This document shows, in pieces, positions 14,823 through 24,622 of a DNA stretch of 64,000 nucleotides. A program made the translations under genes and the position numbers. Positions within the stretch are counted from its first letter, which is position 1, and each line of letters begins with the position of its first letter. Source of the stretch: Nannocystis bainbridge (GTDB lineage: Bacteria > Myxococcota_A > Polyangia > Nannocystales > Nannocystaceae); contig NZ_JAQNDL010000002.1 of the NCBI RefSeq assembly GCF_028368995.1, positions 1,152,001 to 1,216,000 of the forward strand, written 5' to 3'. The notes under the pieces are model-generated. The model was not told the DNA's origin. It did no database searches and was given only the letters and a program-made list of their open reading frames with translations.

Positions 14823-16102
14823 CGACGCTGATCGTGGTCGGCGCTCAGTGGGGCGACGAAGGCAAGGGCAAGGTGGTCGACTACCTGGCCAGCCAGGCGC
14901 AGCTGGTGGCGCGCTACGCCGGGGGCAACAACGCCGGGCACACGCTCGTGATCGGCGGGCGCAAGCTGGTGACGCACCTGGTGCCGTCGGGCTGCGCGTA
15001 TCCGGGGACGCCGTGCGTGCTCGGTGCGGGGATGGTGATCGACGTCGAGGTGTTCCGCGCCGAGGTCGAGGAGCTGCAGTCGGCCGGGATGCTGCAAGGC
15101 GACGAGCTCCGGGTGTCGCGCGACGCCCACGTGATCTTCCCGCATCATCGGCTGCTCGACGGGCTGCGCGAGGATAGGGCCCAGGCGGCCAAGATCGGCA
15201 CGACGCGCCGTGGCATCGGCCCGGCGTACGAGGCCAAGGCGGGGCGCCGCGGGGTGCGGGTGCGCGACCTGTTCCGCCCCGAGCGGCTGCGAGCCCGGCT
15301 CGAGCTGGCGAAGGAGGTCGTCGACGCCGAGATCGCCCGCCTGGGATCCAGCGAACGGGTCGACGTCGCGGCGGAGCTGGCCCGCGCCGAGGCGTGGTCG
15401 GCGTGGCTGGCCGACAAGGTGTGCGACGCCGGCGAGCTGGTCGACACGGCCATCCGCGCCGGCAAGCGCGTGCTCTTCGAGGGCGCGCAGGGGGCCCTCC
15501 TCGATCTCGATCACGGCACGTATCCGTTCGTCACCTCGTCGACGACGCTGGCGGGCGGCGTGTGCTCGGGCATCGGCGTCGGTCCGACGGCGATCGACGG
15601 GGTCTGGGGCATCAGCAAGGCCTACGCCACGCGCGTCGGCTCCGGCCCGTTCCCGTCCAAGCTCGAGGGGGCGCTCGGCGATCAGCTGCGCCGCGCCGGC
15701 GACGAGTTCGGCGCGACCACGGGCCGCCCGCGCGACTGCGGCTGGCTCGACCTGCCGGCGCTGCGCTACGCGGCCCGCCTCAACGGCCTCACCGGCCTGT
15801 GCATCACCAAGCTCGACGTGCTCGCGGCGCTGCCCGAAGTCCACGTCTGCCGCGCCTACGCCGACGGGGCGATGCCCGGCGACGTCGAGCTCGACGAGGT
15901 CGTGCCCGTGCTCAGCCCGGCGCCGGGCTGGGGCGATCCCTCGCTGCACGGACAAATCTTGGCCGCGCGCCGCCTCGAAGATCTCCCTGCCGCCGTGCGC
16001 GCCTACCTCGACCTGATCGCAGACGAGGTCGGCGTCCCCATCACCCTGGTCTCGCTCGGTCCCGATCGAGAGCAGACCATTCTGCTGCGGGACCCGTTTT
16101 GA
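14819..16102 (+). CDS. purA: Adenylosuccinate synthetase
   Basis: GAQWGDEGKGK, GGNNAGHT, FEGAQG, GTYPFVTSS, EFGATTGRPRDCGWLD, TKLDVL. Confidence 0.98.
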   Translation: MTTLIVVGAQWGDEGKGKVVDYLASQAQLVARYAGGNNAGHTLVIGGRKLVTHLVPSGCAYPGTPCVLGAGMVIDVEVFRAEVEELQSAGMLQGDELRVSRDAHVIFPHHRLLDGLREDRAQAAKIGTTRRGIGPAYEAKAGRRGVRVRDLFRPERLRARLELAKEVVDAEIARLGSSERVDVAAELARAEAWSAWLADKVCDAGELVDTAIRAGKRVLFEGAQGALLDLDHGTYPFVTSSTTLAGGVCSGIGVGPTAIDGVWGISKAYATRVGSGPFPSKLEGALGDQLRRAGDEFGATTGRPRDCGWLDLPALRYAARLNGLTGLCITKLDVLAALPEVHVCRAYADGAMPGDVELDEVVPVLSPAPGWGDPSLHGQILAARRLEDLPAAVRAYLDLIADEVGVPITLVSLGPDREQTILLRDPF

Positions 16103-16508
16103 GCCCGTTGCCCGTGATCCCCCGTCACGACCCTGCAGCGCGCCAGCCCTTCTTCGGGCCCGCAACGCCGCGGCGTGACGACTCGAAGGTCGCGCCGGCA
16201 CCGCAACTGCCTCGCGCTCGCTCCATGAACGGGCGCCGGCGCAGCGCATTTGACGCGGGTGGCGTGCAAACCCGCGCTGACGGCCGTTGCGGGGCTACTG
16301 GGCAGATGTCCGGTGGCGTGGGTCCGAGCTCGCGTCGGCCCTTTACCGGCTCGCGGCGGCTCCAGGCGACGCCTGCTGCGGCCGTCGGCTGTTTTCTCCG
16401 TCTGGTTGTACCTACCAGCCGCATTTCCTATACTGGCGCCCTCGCGGACGTTGTCAGTTCTGCAGGACGCCGTCGCGCCTTGGCGAGCGACTCCCAGGAA
16501 TCACGCTC

Positions 16509-18200
16509 ATGAAGATCGAATGCGATAAGTGCGGAGCCAAATACTCCATTGCGGACGACAAGGTCCGCGGCAAGACCTTCAAGATCCGCTGCAAGAAGTG
16601 CAGCAACGTCATCATCGTCCGCGACAAGGCGGGCGGCGCAGACGACGGGGGTGATGCGCCAGCCGACGAGCCGGGCTGGCACCTGGCGATCGGTGGCGAG
16701 ACCGTGGGGCCGATCAGCGAGGCCGAGGTCCGCGATCGCTTCGCAGCCGGCGAGATCGACAAGGACACGTCGGTCTGGCAGGAGGGCTTCGAGGACTGGT
16801 TGCCGCTCGGTGAAGTGAGCGCGTTCTCCGATCTGGCCGCCGCGGCGCCCAGCCACAGCTCCGCGCCGGATCCGTTCGCGGGCGGCAGCGACGACGACTA
16901 CAGCGCGCCGGCGTCGACCCCGAGCCCGGCGAGCTACAGCTCGCCCGAGCCCGCGCGGCCGGCCGTCGCGGCGACGCCCGCGGCTGCGTCCAGCGGCCCG
17001 AAGGCGTCGGCCTCGCCGGCTGCTGGCGGCGCCGACCCGCGCGTGTCCTCGTTGACCGGCGCGCGCAACGAGAACTCCGTGCTCTTCTCGCTCGACAGCC
17101 TGTCGTCGATCGCGATGGGCAGCAAGCAAGGCGGAGGCGGCGCGCCTGCTCCCAGCGGCCCGTCGTTCTCGCTCGGCGGCGGTGGCGGCGGTGGCGGTGG
17201 CGCTCCGGCGGCCTCGCCGACCGGCAACAGCGAGGGCTCTGGCCTCATCGACATCCGTGCCATGAGCGGCATGATGGGCGGCGGTGGCGGCGGTGGCGGC
17301 GGTGGCGGCGGCGGCGAAGAGGGTCGTGACGACTCGATGCTGCCGAGCTTCGGCGGCACCGGCTTCGGCGGCCTCTCGGCCGCGCCGCTGCTCGTGACGC
17401 CGGCGCAGCCGGTCGTCGAGCACGTGGCGGCTCCCGAGCCGCAGCGGTCCAACGCGCCGCTCTACGCGCTGATGGCCATCCTGCTGCTCGGCATGGGCGG
17501 CATGGCTTGGTACATCCTCACCCGGCCACCGCCGACGGCCGAGACGAAGATCGTCGAGGTCATCAAGCCGGTCGAGGTCAAGGCGACGCCCAGCGACGAG
17601 GACGACGGCGACAAGCCCAAGAAGAAGAAGAAGGAAGAGGACGAGGAGGCGGACGAGACCGGCGCCGCCGACACGCCGCCCGCCAACCCGGACGACAAGA
17701 AGGGCACGGTCGCCAAGACCACCCCGAAGAAGACCGACAAGAAGGGCGAGAAGACGGACGGCAAGTCGGCCGCCGTCGACTCCAAGCCCGAGCCGAAGAA
17801 GGAAGACAAGAAGGAAGACAAGAAAGAGGACTACAGCGTCGACTGCATCCTCGATCCTTCCAAGTGCGGCAAGAAGGGCGGCGGCAGCGGCGACAGCGGC
17901 TCCAAGCCGCCGTCGGACGCGAGCATGCCGGAGAAGCTCGAGCTCTCCGACATCCAGGCGGGCGTCAACCCGGTCAAGGCCAACGCCAAGTCCAACTGCG
18001 CCAAGAATGCCAAGGGCGGCGAGAAGGTCTCGATCAAGCTGTCGATCAGCGGCCCGTCGGGCACGGTGCTGAGCTCGACGGTGGTCGACGCCGCGGGCAA
18101 CGACGGCCTCGCCAACTGCGTGGCTGCGGAGCTCAAGAAGGCGACCTTCAAGAAGGTCCAGAAGGAGCAGATCGGCACGCAGGTGTCCGTGAGCTTCTGA
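16509..18200 (+). CDS. Zinc-ribbon / GYF_2 / TM protein, GltJ(AgmX)-like gliding-motility protein
   Basis: CDKC...CKKC zinc ribbon, GYF_2 (GP...VWQEGFEDWLPL), low-complexity linker, one TM helix, Lys-rich stalk, C-terminal TonB-C-like domain (ANCVAAELKKATF). Confidence 0.75.
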   Translation: MKIECDKCGAKYSIADDKVRGKTFKIRCKKCSNVIIVRDKAGGADDGGDAPADEPGWHLAIGGETVGPISEAEVRDRFAAGEIDKDTSVWQEGFEDWLPLGEVSAFSDLAAAAPSHSSAPDPFAGGSDDDYSAPASTPSPASYSSPEPARPAVAATPAAASSGPKASASPAAGGADPRVSSLTGARNENSVLFSLDSLSSIAMGSKQGGGGAPAPSGPSFSLGGGGGGGGGAPAASPTGNSEGSGLIDIRAMSGMMGGGGGGGGGGGGGEEGRDDSMLPSFGGTGFGGLSAAPLLVTPAQPVVEHVAAPEPQRSNAPLYALMAILLLGMGGMAWYILTRPPPTAETKIVEVIKPVEVKATPSDEDDGDKPKKKKKEEDEEADETGAADTPPANPDDKKGTVAKTTPKKTDKKGEKTDGKSAAVDSKPEPKKEDKKEDKKEDYSVDCILDPSKCGKKGGGSGDSGSKPPSDASMPEKLELSDIQAGVNPVKANAKSNCAKNAKGGEKVSIKLSISGPSGTVLSSTVVDAAGNDGLANCVAAELKKATFKKVQKEQIGTQVSVSF

Positions 18201-18229
18201 GTTCGGCACACGCACCGACTCGCAGTCAG

Positions 18230-18265
18230 GCGGGGTCGTCCTTCGGGGCGGCCCCGTCGCGTTTT
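18230..18265 (+). terminator. Probable terminator hairpin
   Basis: gcggggtcgtcc-TTCG-gggcggccccgt followed by a T run. Confidence 0.55.
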
Positions 18266-18480
18266 GGTCGGTCGTCGCCCGCGCGAGTTCGTCGCTGCAG
18301 CGCGTGGCCGGCCGCACGGCGCCGCTGTGAGCGCGCCGACACGAGGGACTAGGCAGGGCGGCTGATTTGCGGCAACCTGAAGTTCTCCGCGGCGCCGGCC
18401 GAGACCTGTCCCTCGGTCGCTCGCGTCGGACCGCCTTCCCGGCCCTCCACGGGCCCCGAATTCCAGGAGCACCGCTCGCC

Positions 18481-19278
18481 ATGTCGAACACCGAGAACTC
18501 CGCCCTCATCGCCCTCAGTGAGCTCAAGAACCTCGAGGCCAATCGCGTGGCCGAGGTCGAGAGCGAACGGCGCGCCAAGGAAGACGCCGAGCGTCGCGCC
18601 CGTGAAGAGGCCGAGCGCAAGGCGCGTGAGATCGCCGAGCGCAAGGCTCGCGAAGAGGCGGAGCGGATCGCCAAGGAGACGGCGGAGCGCGAGGCCCGTG
18701 AGCGAGAGGAGCGCCTGCGGCTGCAAGAGGCCGACCTGCGCGCCCGCGCCGAGCAGGAGGCCCGCCTCAAGGAAGAGCAGATGCGCCTCGACGCGCAGGT
18801 CAAGCTGGCCGAGAAGAAGGCCCGCCCGATGTGGCTGTACGGCATCGCCGGGCTCCTCTTCCTCGCTCTGGTCGGTGGCGTGTACTGGATCTACGACTAC
18901 ATGGAGCGCCAGGAAGAGGCCCAGCGTATCGCGGCGATCGAGCAGAAGAAGAAGGATGACGCCGAGGCCGAAGCGCGGGCCGCTCTGATGAAGGACTTGG
19001 CCTCTCTCCGCGAGGAGCAGAACAATCTCAAGTCGCAGAAGGACGATATCGAGAACCAGCTCAAGAACGTCCAGGACGAGACGGAGCGGCAGAAGCTCCT
19101 GGCCAAGCAGGCCGCCCTCGACGCGCAGTTGGTCGCCAACGAGGACAAGCAGAAGAAGAACAAGGGCAAGTCCGGCAGCAGCAGCAAGTCGAGCGGCGAC
19201 GGCGAGCCCAAGTCCGAGAAGCCGAAGGGCGGGATCTCGGTCAGCAAGAACGTCGACGATCCGCTCGACGGCCTGTGA
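18481..19278 (+). CDS. Coiled-coil, single-TM membrane protein
   Basis: MSNTENSALIALSEL, E/R/K-rich coiled coil, TM helix, second coiled coil, C-terminal DDPLDGL. Confidence 0.85.
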   Translation: MSNTENSALIALSELKNLEANRVAEVESERRAKEDAERRAREEAERKAREIAERKAREEAERIAKETAEREAREREERLRLQEADLRARAEQEARLKEEQMRLDAQVKLAEKKARPMWLYGIAGLLFLALVGGVYWIYDYMERQEEAQRIAAIEQKKKDDAEAEARAALMKDLASLREEQNNLKSQKDDIENQLKNVQDETERQKLLAKQAALDAQLVANEDKQKKNKGKSGSSSKSSGDGEPKSEKPKGGISVSKNVDDPLDGL

Positions 19279-19396
19279 TCGAGGTTTGCTGGCGGCGCGC
19301 GTGAGGTGCTCGCGCCGCCGCCCGCACGGGGCCCGGAAAAATGCGCTGCGTGGTCTTGCGAGGCGTTTTTTCCCGTGATACAGAAGTCGCCCCTTC

Positions 19397-19468
19397 GGCC
19401 TGGTAGCCAAGTGGTAAGGCAGAGCTCTGCAAAAGCTCTATTCGCCGGTTCGATTCCGGCCCAGGCCT
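19397..19468 (+). tRNA. tRNA-Cys(GCA)
   Basis: Acceptor stem GGCCTGG/CCAGGCC, anticodon arm gagct-ctGCAaa-agctc, T arm GGTTCGATTCC; CCA not encoded. Confidence 0.97.
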
Positions 19469-19476
19469 CCCCGAAG

Positions 19477-19510
19477 AAAAGAGCCCCTGCGACCCCGCAG
19501 GGGCTCTTTG
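19477..19510. terminator. Bidirectional intrinsic terminator after tRNA-Cys
   Basis: aaaagagcccctgcg-accc-cgcaggggctcttt. Confidence 0.8.
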
Positions 19511-19761
19511 CTTTGGTCGCCGCTCAGCGGAACTTCAGCGCGAGCCGCGAGCTTCGGATGTTGTCGGCGGTGAGCATCGTCGAGGCCAGGACGTAGTCGT
19601 CGCTGCGGCTGCCGTCAGCCAGTAGGTGCTGCGAGTCGGCGGGCCGAGCCAGGCGCGGACGTCGGCCAGTGACGCGAGCCAGGCGCGCGGAGGGGCCGGG
19701 CGCATGCTCTTCGAACGGGTGGGCCGTGGGGCGCGAGTGCGGGCCCTCGCGCTCGCATGGC

Positions 19762-20556
19762 TCAACGGACAGGTGGGCCTTCGAGCTCGAGGTCGGCCAG
19801 GCGCGCGCGGACCCTGGCCATGAACGCGGGCCCGGGGTCGACCTTGCGGGTGCGGTACTTGGGATCGCGCTCGACGAAGTAGGGGTGTCCCTCCATCGCC
19901 AGGTACTCGTGGTGCCCGATCAAGTGCGTGATCGCGGGGAAGCGGGCCTTGAGGTGGCGGACCAGGGCCGCGTCGGCCTCGACCTGGGCGTCGGTCAGGA
20001 GGTGCGCTTCGAGGTCGCCGACGTTCTCGACGCCGATGGCGACGTGGTTGAGTCCGACGCAGTGACGCGCCATCGAGGTCTCCGGCATGAGGCGGAAGAT
20101 CGTGCCGTCGCGGTCGACCAGGAACTGCGAGGAGACGTTGAGATCGCCGGCGGCGGCGATCGCCTTGCGCCCGCTCTCGATGGTCGGGCGGTCGAAGTAG
20201 CGCCAGGTGGCGTCAGCCGAGCCGCCGCCGGTGTGGTGGAGGACGATCATGCGCGGCTCGATCGCTACGCTGTCGGCGGCGGGATCCTGGTGCGCGCGGC
20301 GGTAGGCGATCGTGCGGGCGACCCGGGCCTCGTCGTAGGTGATCGGGCGGTCGACGAGCACCGGCGCCGACGGGGCCGAGGGCTCGGTCGGGGTCGGAAC
20401 TTGGATGTCCTCGGGGGCATGTCCGATAGGACCGGACCCTTCGGGCAGGTTCGAGGGGACATGTTCCGAAGGACGCGTGATGGGAGGCGCCGGCGCAGGC
20501 TCGGGCGGGGCGCAGGCGGCCGCGAGCGCCGCAGCCAGCAGCCAGCCGAGAGCCAC
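19762..20556 (-). CDS. N-acetylmuramoyl-L-alanine amidase (Amidase_2 / PGRP-like), lipoprotein
   Basis: IVLHHT, SSQFLV, ARHCVGLNHVAIGVENVG, LIGHHEY, KVDPG; lipobox-like LAAAC. Start uncertain (GTG 20556 or ATG 20727). Confidence 0.88.
   Translation of the reverse strand: MALGWLLAAALAAACAPPEPAPAPPITRPSEHVPSNLPEGSGPIGHAPEDIQVPTPTEPSAPSAPVLVDRPITYDEARVARTIAYRRAHQDPAADSVAIEPRMIVLHHTGGGSADATWRYFDRPTIESGRKAIAAAGDLNVSSQFLVDRDGTIFRLMPETSMARHCVGLNHVAIGVENVGDLEAHLLTDAQVEADAALVRHLKARFPAITHLIGHHEYLAMEGHPYFVERDPKYRTRKVDPGPAFMARVRARLADLELEGPPVR
20406..20475. repeat. Five phased 14-bp elements inside the amidase coding linker
   Basis: TGTCCtcggGGGCA TGTCCgataGGACC GGACCcttcGGGCA GGTTCgaggGGACA TGTTCcgaaGGACG. 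Confidence 0.8.
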
Positions 20557-20564
20557 GGCCCGGG

Positions 20565-20670
20565 GTTCGCTCGCTCGCCGGCGGGCGCGCGTGAAGGACC
20601 GGAGCTCGCTCGCCCGGCGGGCTGCGACGCGCGTGAAGGACGGGGGCTCGCTCACCCAACGGGCCGCGAC
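20565..20670. repeat. Imperfect 42-bp tandem repeat (about 2.5 copies)
   Basis: gcgcgtgaaggacnggngctcgctc recurs at 20587 and 20629. Confidence 0.65.
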
Positions 20671-20716
20671 GGTCGTGACGAGCTGTGACGGGCCGCGGGC
20701 GGCAGGGCCCGGGCGC

Positions 20717-21667
20717 TCACCGCTCATCGTCGTCGCCTTGCGGGCGGGTGCGGGCGGCCTTGCGCTCGCGTTTGACCCGCTTCGCCTCGACCTGCTGGAT
20801 CCGCTTGTTGCGCTGCTTCTCGGTCGGTGGGCGGCCGGGCAGCGGGGGCTGGTCGACGTGGTGCTCCTCGAAGCTCCCGGGCGCCGCGCCGAGCTCGAAG
20901 ATCGTGACCTCGCGGCGGGCCCGTTCGCCGAGGCGCAGCGGGACGACGGCCGCGCCGATGCCTGCGCCGACGTACACCGCGCCGCGCGGGCGCTCGTCGA
21001 TCCGCGAGCCGTAGAGGCCGTGGACGTATTTGTGGCCGATGAGGCGGCCGAGCGCGAGCTCGTTGAGGCGAGCGAGCGTGACCTGTCCGGCGTGGGTGTG
21101 CCCGGACAGCACCAGCTGCACGCCGGTGGTCCACAGGTGATCGGCCTCCTCGGCGATGTGCGACAGGCCGAGGGTCGGGAGGTCGTGGCGCAGGCCCCGG
21201 GTGGCGCGCTCGACGTCGGCGTGGCCGGTGTAAGCGTCGTCGAGGCCGACGACCTGCAGCGCCTGGCCGCGCAGGGTGATCGTGGTGTGGATGTTGTCGA
21301 GGACCTCGGCGCCGGCGCGGCGCAGGGCGGCGCGCACCTCGGGGCCGCCCGACCAGTGATCGTGGTTGCCGAGCACCGCCATCACCGGGGCCTGGTAGCC
21401 GCGGATGAGCTCCCCGAGCTGGTCGAGGAACGCCTGGCTGTGGCACACGAAATCGCCGGTGATGCACACGAGGTCGGGCCGCTCGGCGTTGACGAGGTCG
21501 ACCGCGGCGCGCTGGACCTTCATCGGCGTGATCCGGCCGACGTGGATGTCGGTGACGTGGGCGACGCGGAGCGGGCTGGCGAGCTGGGCCACGTACGAGG
21601 CCGGACCGGCGAACCGGCGCACCTCGATCTGCGCGCTGGTGTCAAACCATGCCAGCGGGTTCAGCAT
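20717..21667 (-). CDS. Metallophosphoesterase (YkuE/YaeI-like)
   Basis: TDIH, ITGDF, VLGNHD, LSH, LSGHTHAGQ. Confidence 0.92.
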   Translation of the reverse strand: MLNPLAWFDTSAQIEVRRFAGPASYVAQLASPLRVAHVTDIHVGRITPMKVQRAAVDLVNAERPDLVCITGDFVCHSQAFLDQLGELIRGYQAPVMAVLGNHDHWSGGPEVRAALRRAGAEVLDNIHTTITLRGQALQVVGLDDAYTGHADVERATRGLRHDLPTLGLSHIAEEADHLWTTGVQLVLSGHTHAGQVTLARLNELALGRLIGHKYVHGLYGSRIDERPRGAVYVGAGIGAAVVPLRLGERARREVTIFELGAAPGSFEEHHVDQPPLPGRPPTEKQRNKRIQQVEAKRVKRERKAARTRPQGDDDER

Positions 21668-21835
21668 CCGCGAGCGCGCGAGGGCGGCGGCAAGTCCTGC
21701 TCCGGCGGGCTTGGGCGGCGAAGCGCACACGTGCTGGTGAGTATAGGGATCACGCGGCCAAGTTCCAGCGGGGTTGTCGCCTGGACCGCGGGGGAGGTCG
21801 GTGATAAAGGCAGGCGAGCCTCGTCGGGGTTCGCC

Positions 21836-23905
21836 ATGAGCGCCGCGCCCGTCCCTCGTCCGTCTCGCCGTCTGCAGGCGGCCCGCGTCGCAGGCGCGAG
21901 TCTGCTCAGCGTGTTGGGCGTGCGGATCGTGGCCGACATGCACCGCGCCAGCTTTCTCGGGCCGGTCGACGAGCTGCTCAGCCTCGGCAACCTCTACGCG
22001 ATCGCGGTCGGGCTCACCACGCTCGCGGTGATCGCCGGTCTGCTCGGCGGGCGCCGCTGGGCCTTCGTGCTGGTGCCGCTGCTGCTTTCGCTCAACGTCG
22101 GGATGTTCGTGCCGGTGCTGGCGTCGGACGTCCAGATCGGCGGCTTCCTCATCGTCTGGAACCTGTCGCTGATCGGCGACAGTCTGTTCTCGCTCACGAC
22201 CGCGAGCGCGCGGGCAAAACGCGTCGGCGATCGCGGGGCCTCGTTCGCGTGGCTGCAGCGCTACGGAGCCGCGGCGCAGCACCTGCTGCTGGTGTCGCTG
22301 CTGGCTGGGTTGGCGCTGTTCGGCTTCGAGGTCGAGCACGAGCTCGTCCCCGATCTGCTGGGCCTCGTGTTCGCGCTGACGACCCTCGCGTTGGTCTCGC
22401 CGTACGTGCTGGAGCTGCTGCGGCAGCGGCGACGCTACGTGCTCGTGCCGGTGGCCCTGCTCGCCGTGCTGATCTCGCTGGCGCTGAACAGCCCGGGCGC
22501 CGCGATCGGTCTGCTGTGGGCGCTGCAGGCGGTGGTGCTGCTGGTGATCGTCGCCCGCGGGCCGGTGTTCGCCGATCTGCTGCAGAGCTTCTACTCGCGG
22601 CCGGCGCTGCTGATCCTTGCGACGTTCGGGCTCATCGCGTTCGCGGGGGCGCTGGTGCTGACGTTCCCGGCGGCATCGGCCACGGAGCGATCGATCGCGT
22701 TCATCGACGCGCTGTTCACGGCGATGAGCGCGACCTGCGTGACCGGGCTGATCGTGCTCGACACGCCGGTCGCGTTCTCCCACTTCGGGCAGGTCGTGAT
22801 CCTGCTGCTGATCCAGCTCGGCGGCCTCGGGATCATGGTGCTCTCGACGTTCGCGGCGGTGCTGCTCGGCGGTCGCCTGGCGCTGCGCGGCGAGCAGGCG
22901 CTCGAGGAGGTGCTCGACCTGACCAGCCCCGGCTCGGCCTACGAGCTGACGCGCTTCATCGTCGTGTCGACGCTGCTCATCGAGGCCGCGGGCGCGCTGC
23001 TGTTGGCGCTGATGTTCTACTTCGGCTACGGCTTCGAAGCCGCGGCGGCGCTGTGGCGCGGGACGTTCCACGCGGTGTCGGCGTTCTGCAACGCCGGCTT
23101 CGCGCTGTGGAGCGACAACCTGATCCAGTTCCAGTCGGACGGCCCGATCCAGGCGGTCCACGGCACGCTCATCACGCTCGGCGGGCTCGGCTTCCCGGTG
23201 CTGCTGGCGCTGTGGCTGCGGGCGCGCGGCGGCGCGCGGCGGCTGCCGCTGCAGGCGCGGGTGGTCCTGTGGATGTCGCTGAGCCTGGTGGTCGTCGGCG
23301 CGGTCCTGTTCGCGGTCGCCGAGTGGGACGCGTCGCTGCACGGGCTGTCGCTGGTCGACAAGCTCATCAACTCGCTGTTCCAGAGCGTGACGCTGCGGAC
23401 GGCGGGCTTCAACAGCGTCGACTTCTCCGCGCTCGAGCGCTCGACGATCCTGATGATGATCGTGTGGATGTTCATCGGCGCCTCGCCGGGCAGCACCGGC
23501 GGCGGGATCAAGACGACGACGCTGGCGGTGGTGCTGGCGGCGATCCCGGCGCTGATCCGCAACCAGGCGCGGGCGCAGCTGTTCGGGCGCACGATCCCCC
23601 ACGACATCGTCTATCGCGCCGGGACCATCATGACCCTGGCGGCGATGGTGGCGGTGGTCATCACCTTCGCGCTGCTCGCCAGCCACGACATGCCGTTCGA
23701 GCGGGCCGCCTTCGAGACCGTCAGCGCCCTGGCGACCGTCGGCCTGTCGATCGGGGCCACGGCCGAATTGAACGCGCTGGGCAAGTGGCTCATCATCATC
23801 ACGATGTTCGTCGGCCGCGTCGGCCCGATCTCGCTCGCCCTCGCGCTCGGCACGCCGCGCGGCGCGCACGTCCAGTTCCCCGAGACCAAGATCATGGTCG
23901 GCTGA
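21836..23905 (+). CDS. ktrB: KtrB/TrkH-family K+ uptake membrane subunit with an extra N-terminal multi-TM region
   Basis: SATCVTGL, SAFCNAGF, TLRTAGFN, SPGSTGGGIKTTT, SALATVGLSIG, MFVGRVGP. Confidence 0.9.
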   Translation: MSAAPVPRPSRRLQAARVAGASLLSVLGVRIVADMHRASFLGPVDELLSLGNLYAIAVGLTTLAVIAGLLGGRRWAFVLVPLLLSLNVGMFVPVLASDVQIGGFLIVWNLSLIGDSLFSLTTASARAKRVGDRGASFAWLQRYGAAAQHLLLVSLLAGLALFGFEVEHELVPDLLGLVFALTTLALVSPYVLELLRQRRRYVLVPVALLAVLISLALNSPGAAIGLLWALQAVVLLVIVARGPVFADLLQSFYSRPALLILATFGLIAFAGALVLTFPAASATERSIAFIDALFTAMSATCVTGLIVLDTPVAFSHFGQVVILLLIQLGGLGIMVLSTFAAVLLGGRLALRGEQALEEVLDLTSPGSAYELTRFIVVSTLLIEAAGALLLALMFYFGYGFEAAAALWRGTFHAVSAFCNAGFALWSDNLIQFQSDGPIQAVHGTLITLGGLGFPVLLALWLRARGGARRLPLQARVVLWMSLSLVVVGAVLFAVAEWDASLHGLSLVDKLINSLFQSVTLRTAGFNSVDFSALERSTILMMIVWMFIGASPGSTGGGIKTTTLAVVLAAIPALIRNQARAQLFGRTIPHDIVYRAGTIMTLAAMVAVVITFALLASHDMPFERAAFETVSALATVGLSIGATAELNALGKWLIIITMFVGRVGPISLALALGTPRGAHVQFPETKIMVG

Positions 23906-23947
23906 GCGCCGGGGCTCCTCGTCACCTGAACTCAAGGACATGTCCTC

Positions 23948-24604
23948 ATGAGCGGAGAATTCGCAGTCATCGGCCTCGGGCAGTTCGGACGGGCGGTCGC
24001 GCTGAGCCTGGTGCGCGAGGGCGCGGCGGTGCTGGCGATCGATCAGCTCGAGGAGCGGGCGCAGTTGGTCGAGTCCGAGGTCGACGCGGTCGCCTGCGCC
24101 GACGCGACCGACGAGCGCGCGCTCAACGAGCTGGGCCTCGAGCGCATGTCGTGCGTGGTGGTGGCGATGGGGGCTCGCGCCCGCGAGACTTCGATCCTCA
24201 CGACCTCGCTGCTGCGCCAGCGCGGGATCCCGCGCATCATCAGCCGCGCGGCCAACGAGCTGCACGCGCGCGTGCTGCTGGCCGTGGGCGCGCACGAGGT
24301 CATCAACCCGGAGCTGCAGATGGGCCAGCGTCTGGCCCGCAACCTGGCCCACCCGACGATCCTCGAGCAGATCGCGCTCGACGAGAACACCAACCTGGTC
24401 GAGGTCGCCACGCCCGAGCAGTTCATCGGCAAGTCGATGACGGAGGTCGACCTGAAGCGCCGCTACGGCGTGTCGGTGATCGCGGTCCGCCGCGCCGGCC
24501 AGGTGCTGCCGCAGCTCGCCGGCGACGATCGGCTGCAGCGCGGCGATCGCCTGCTCATCGTCGGCCAGCCGGCCTCGGTCCGCCGGCTGGCGAGCCTGGC
24601 GTAG
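23948..24604 (+). CDS. ktrA: KtrA/TrkA-family RCK regulatory subunit
   Basis: FAVIGLGQFG Rossmann motif plus a TrkA_C domain. Confidence 0.92.
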   Translation: MSGEFAVIGLGQFGRAVALSLVREGAAVLAIDQLEERAQLVESEVDAVACADATDERALNELGLERMSCVVVAMGARARETSILTTSLLRQRGIPRIISRAANELHARVLLAVGAHEVINPELQMGQRLARNLAHPTILEQIALDENTNLVEVATPEQFIGKSMTEVDLKRRYGVSVIAVRRAGQVLPQLAGDDRLQRGDRLLIVGQPASVRRLASLA

Positions 24605-24622
24605 TCCCCTGGAGCTTCTGCG

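Noticed and set aside
17175-17315. (GGC/GGT)n runs in the GltJ-like gene as a phase-variation tract
   Set aside because: These are in-frame trinucleotide poly-Gly linkers, so slippage would not shift the frame.
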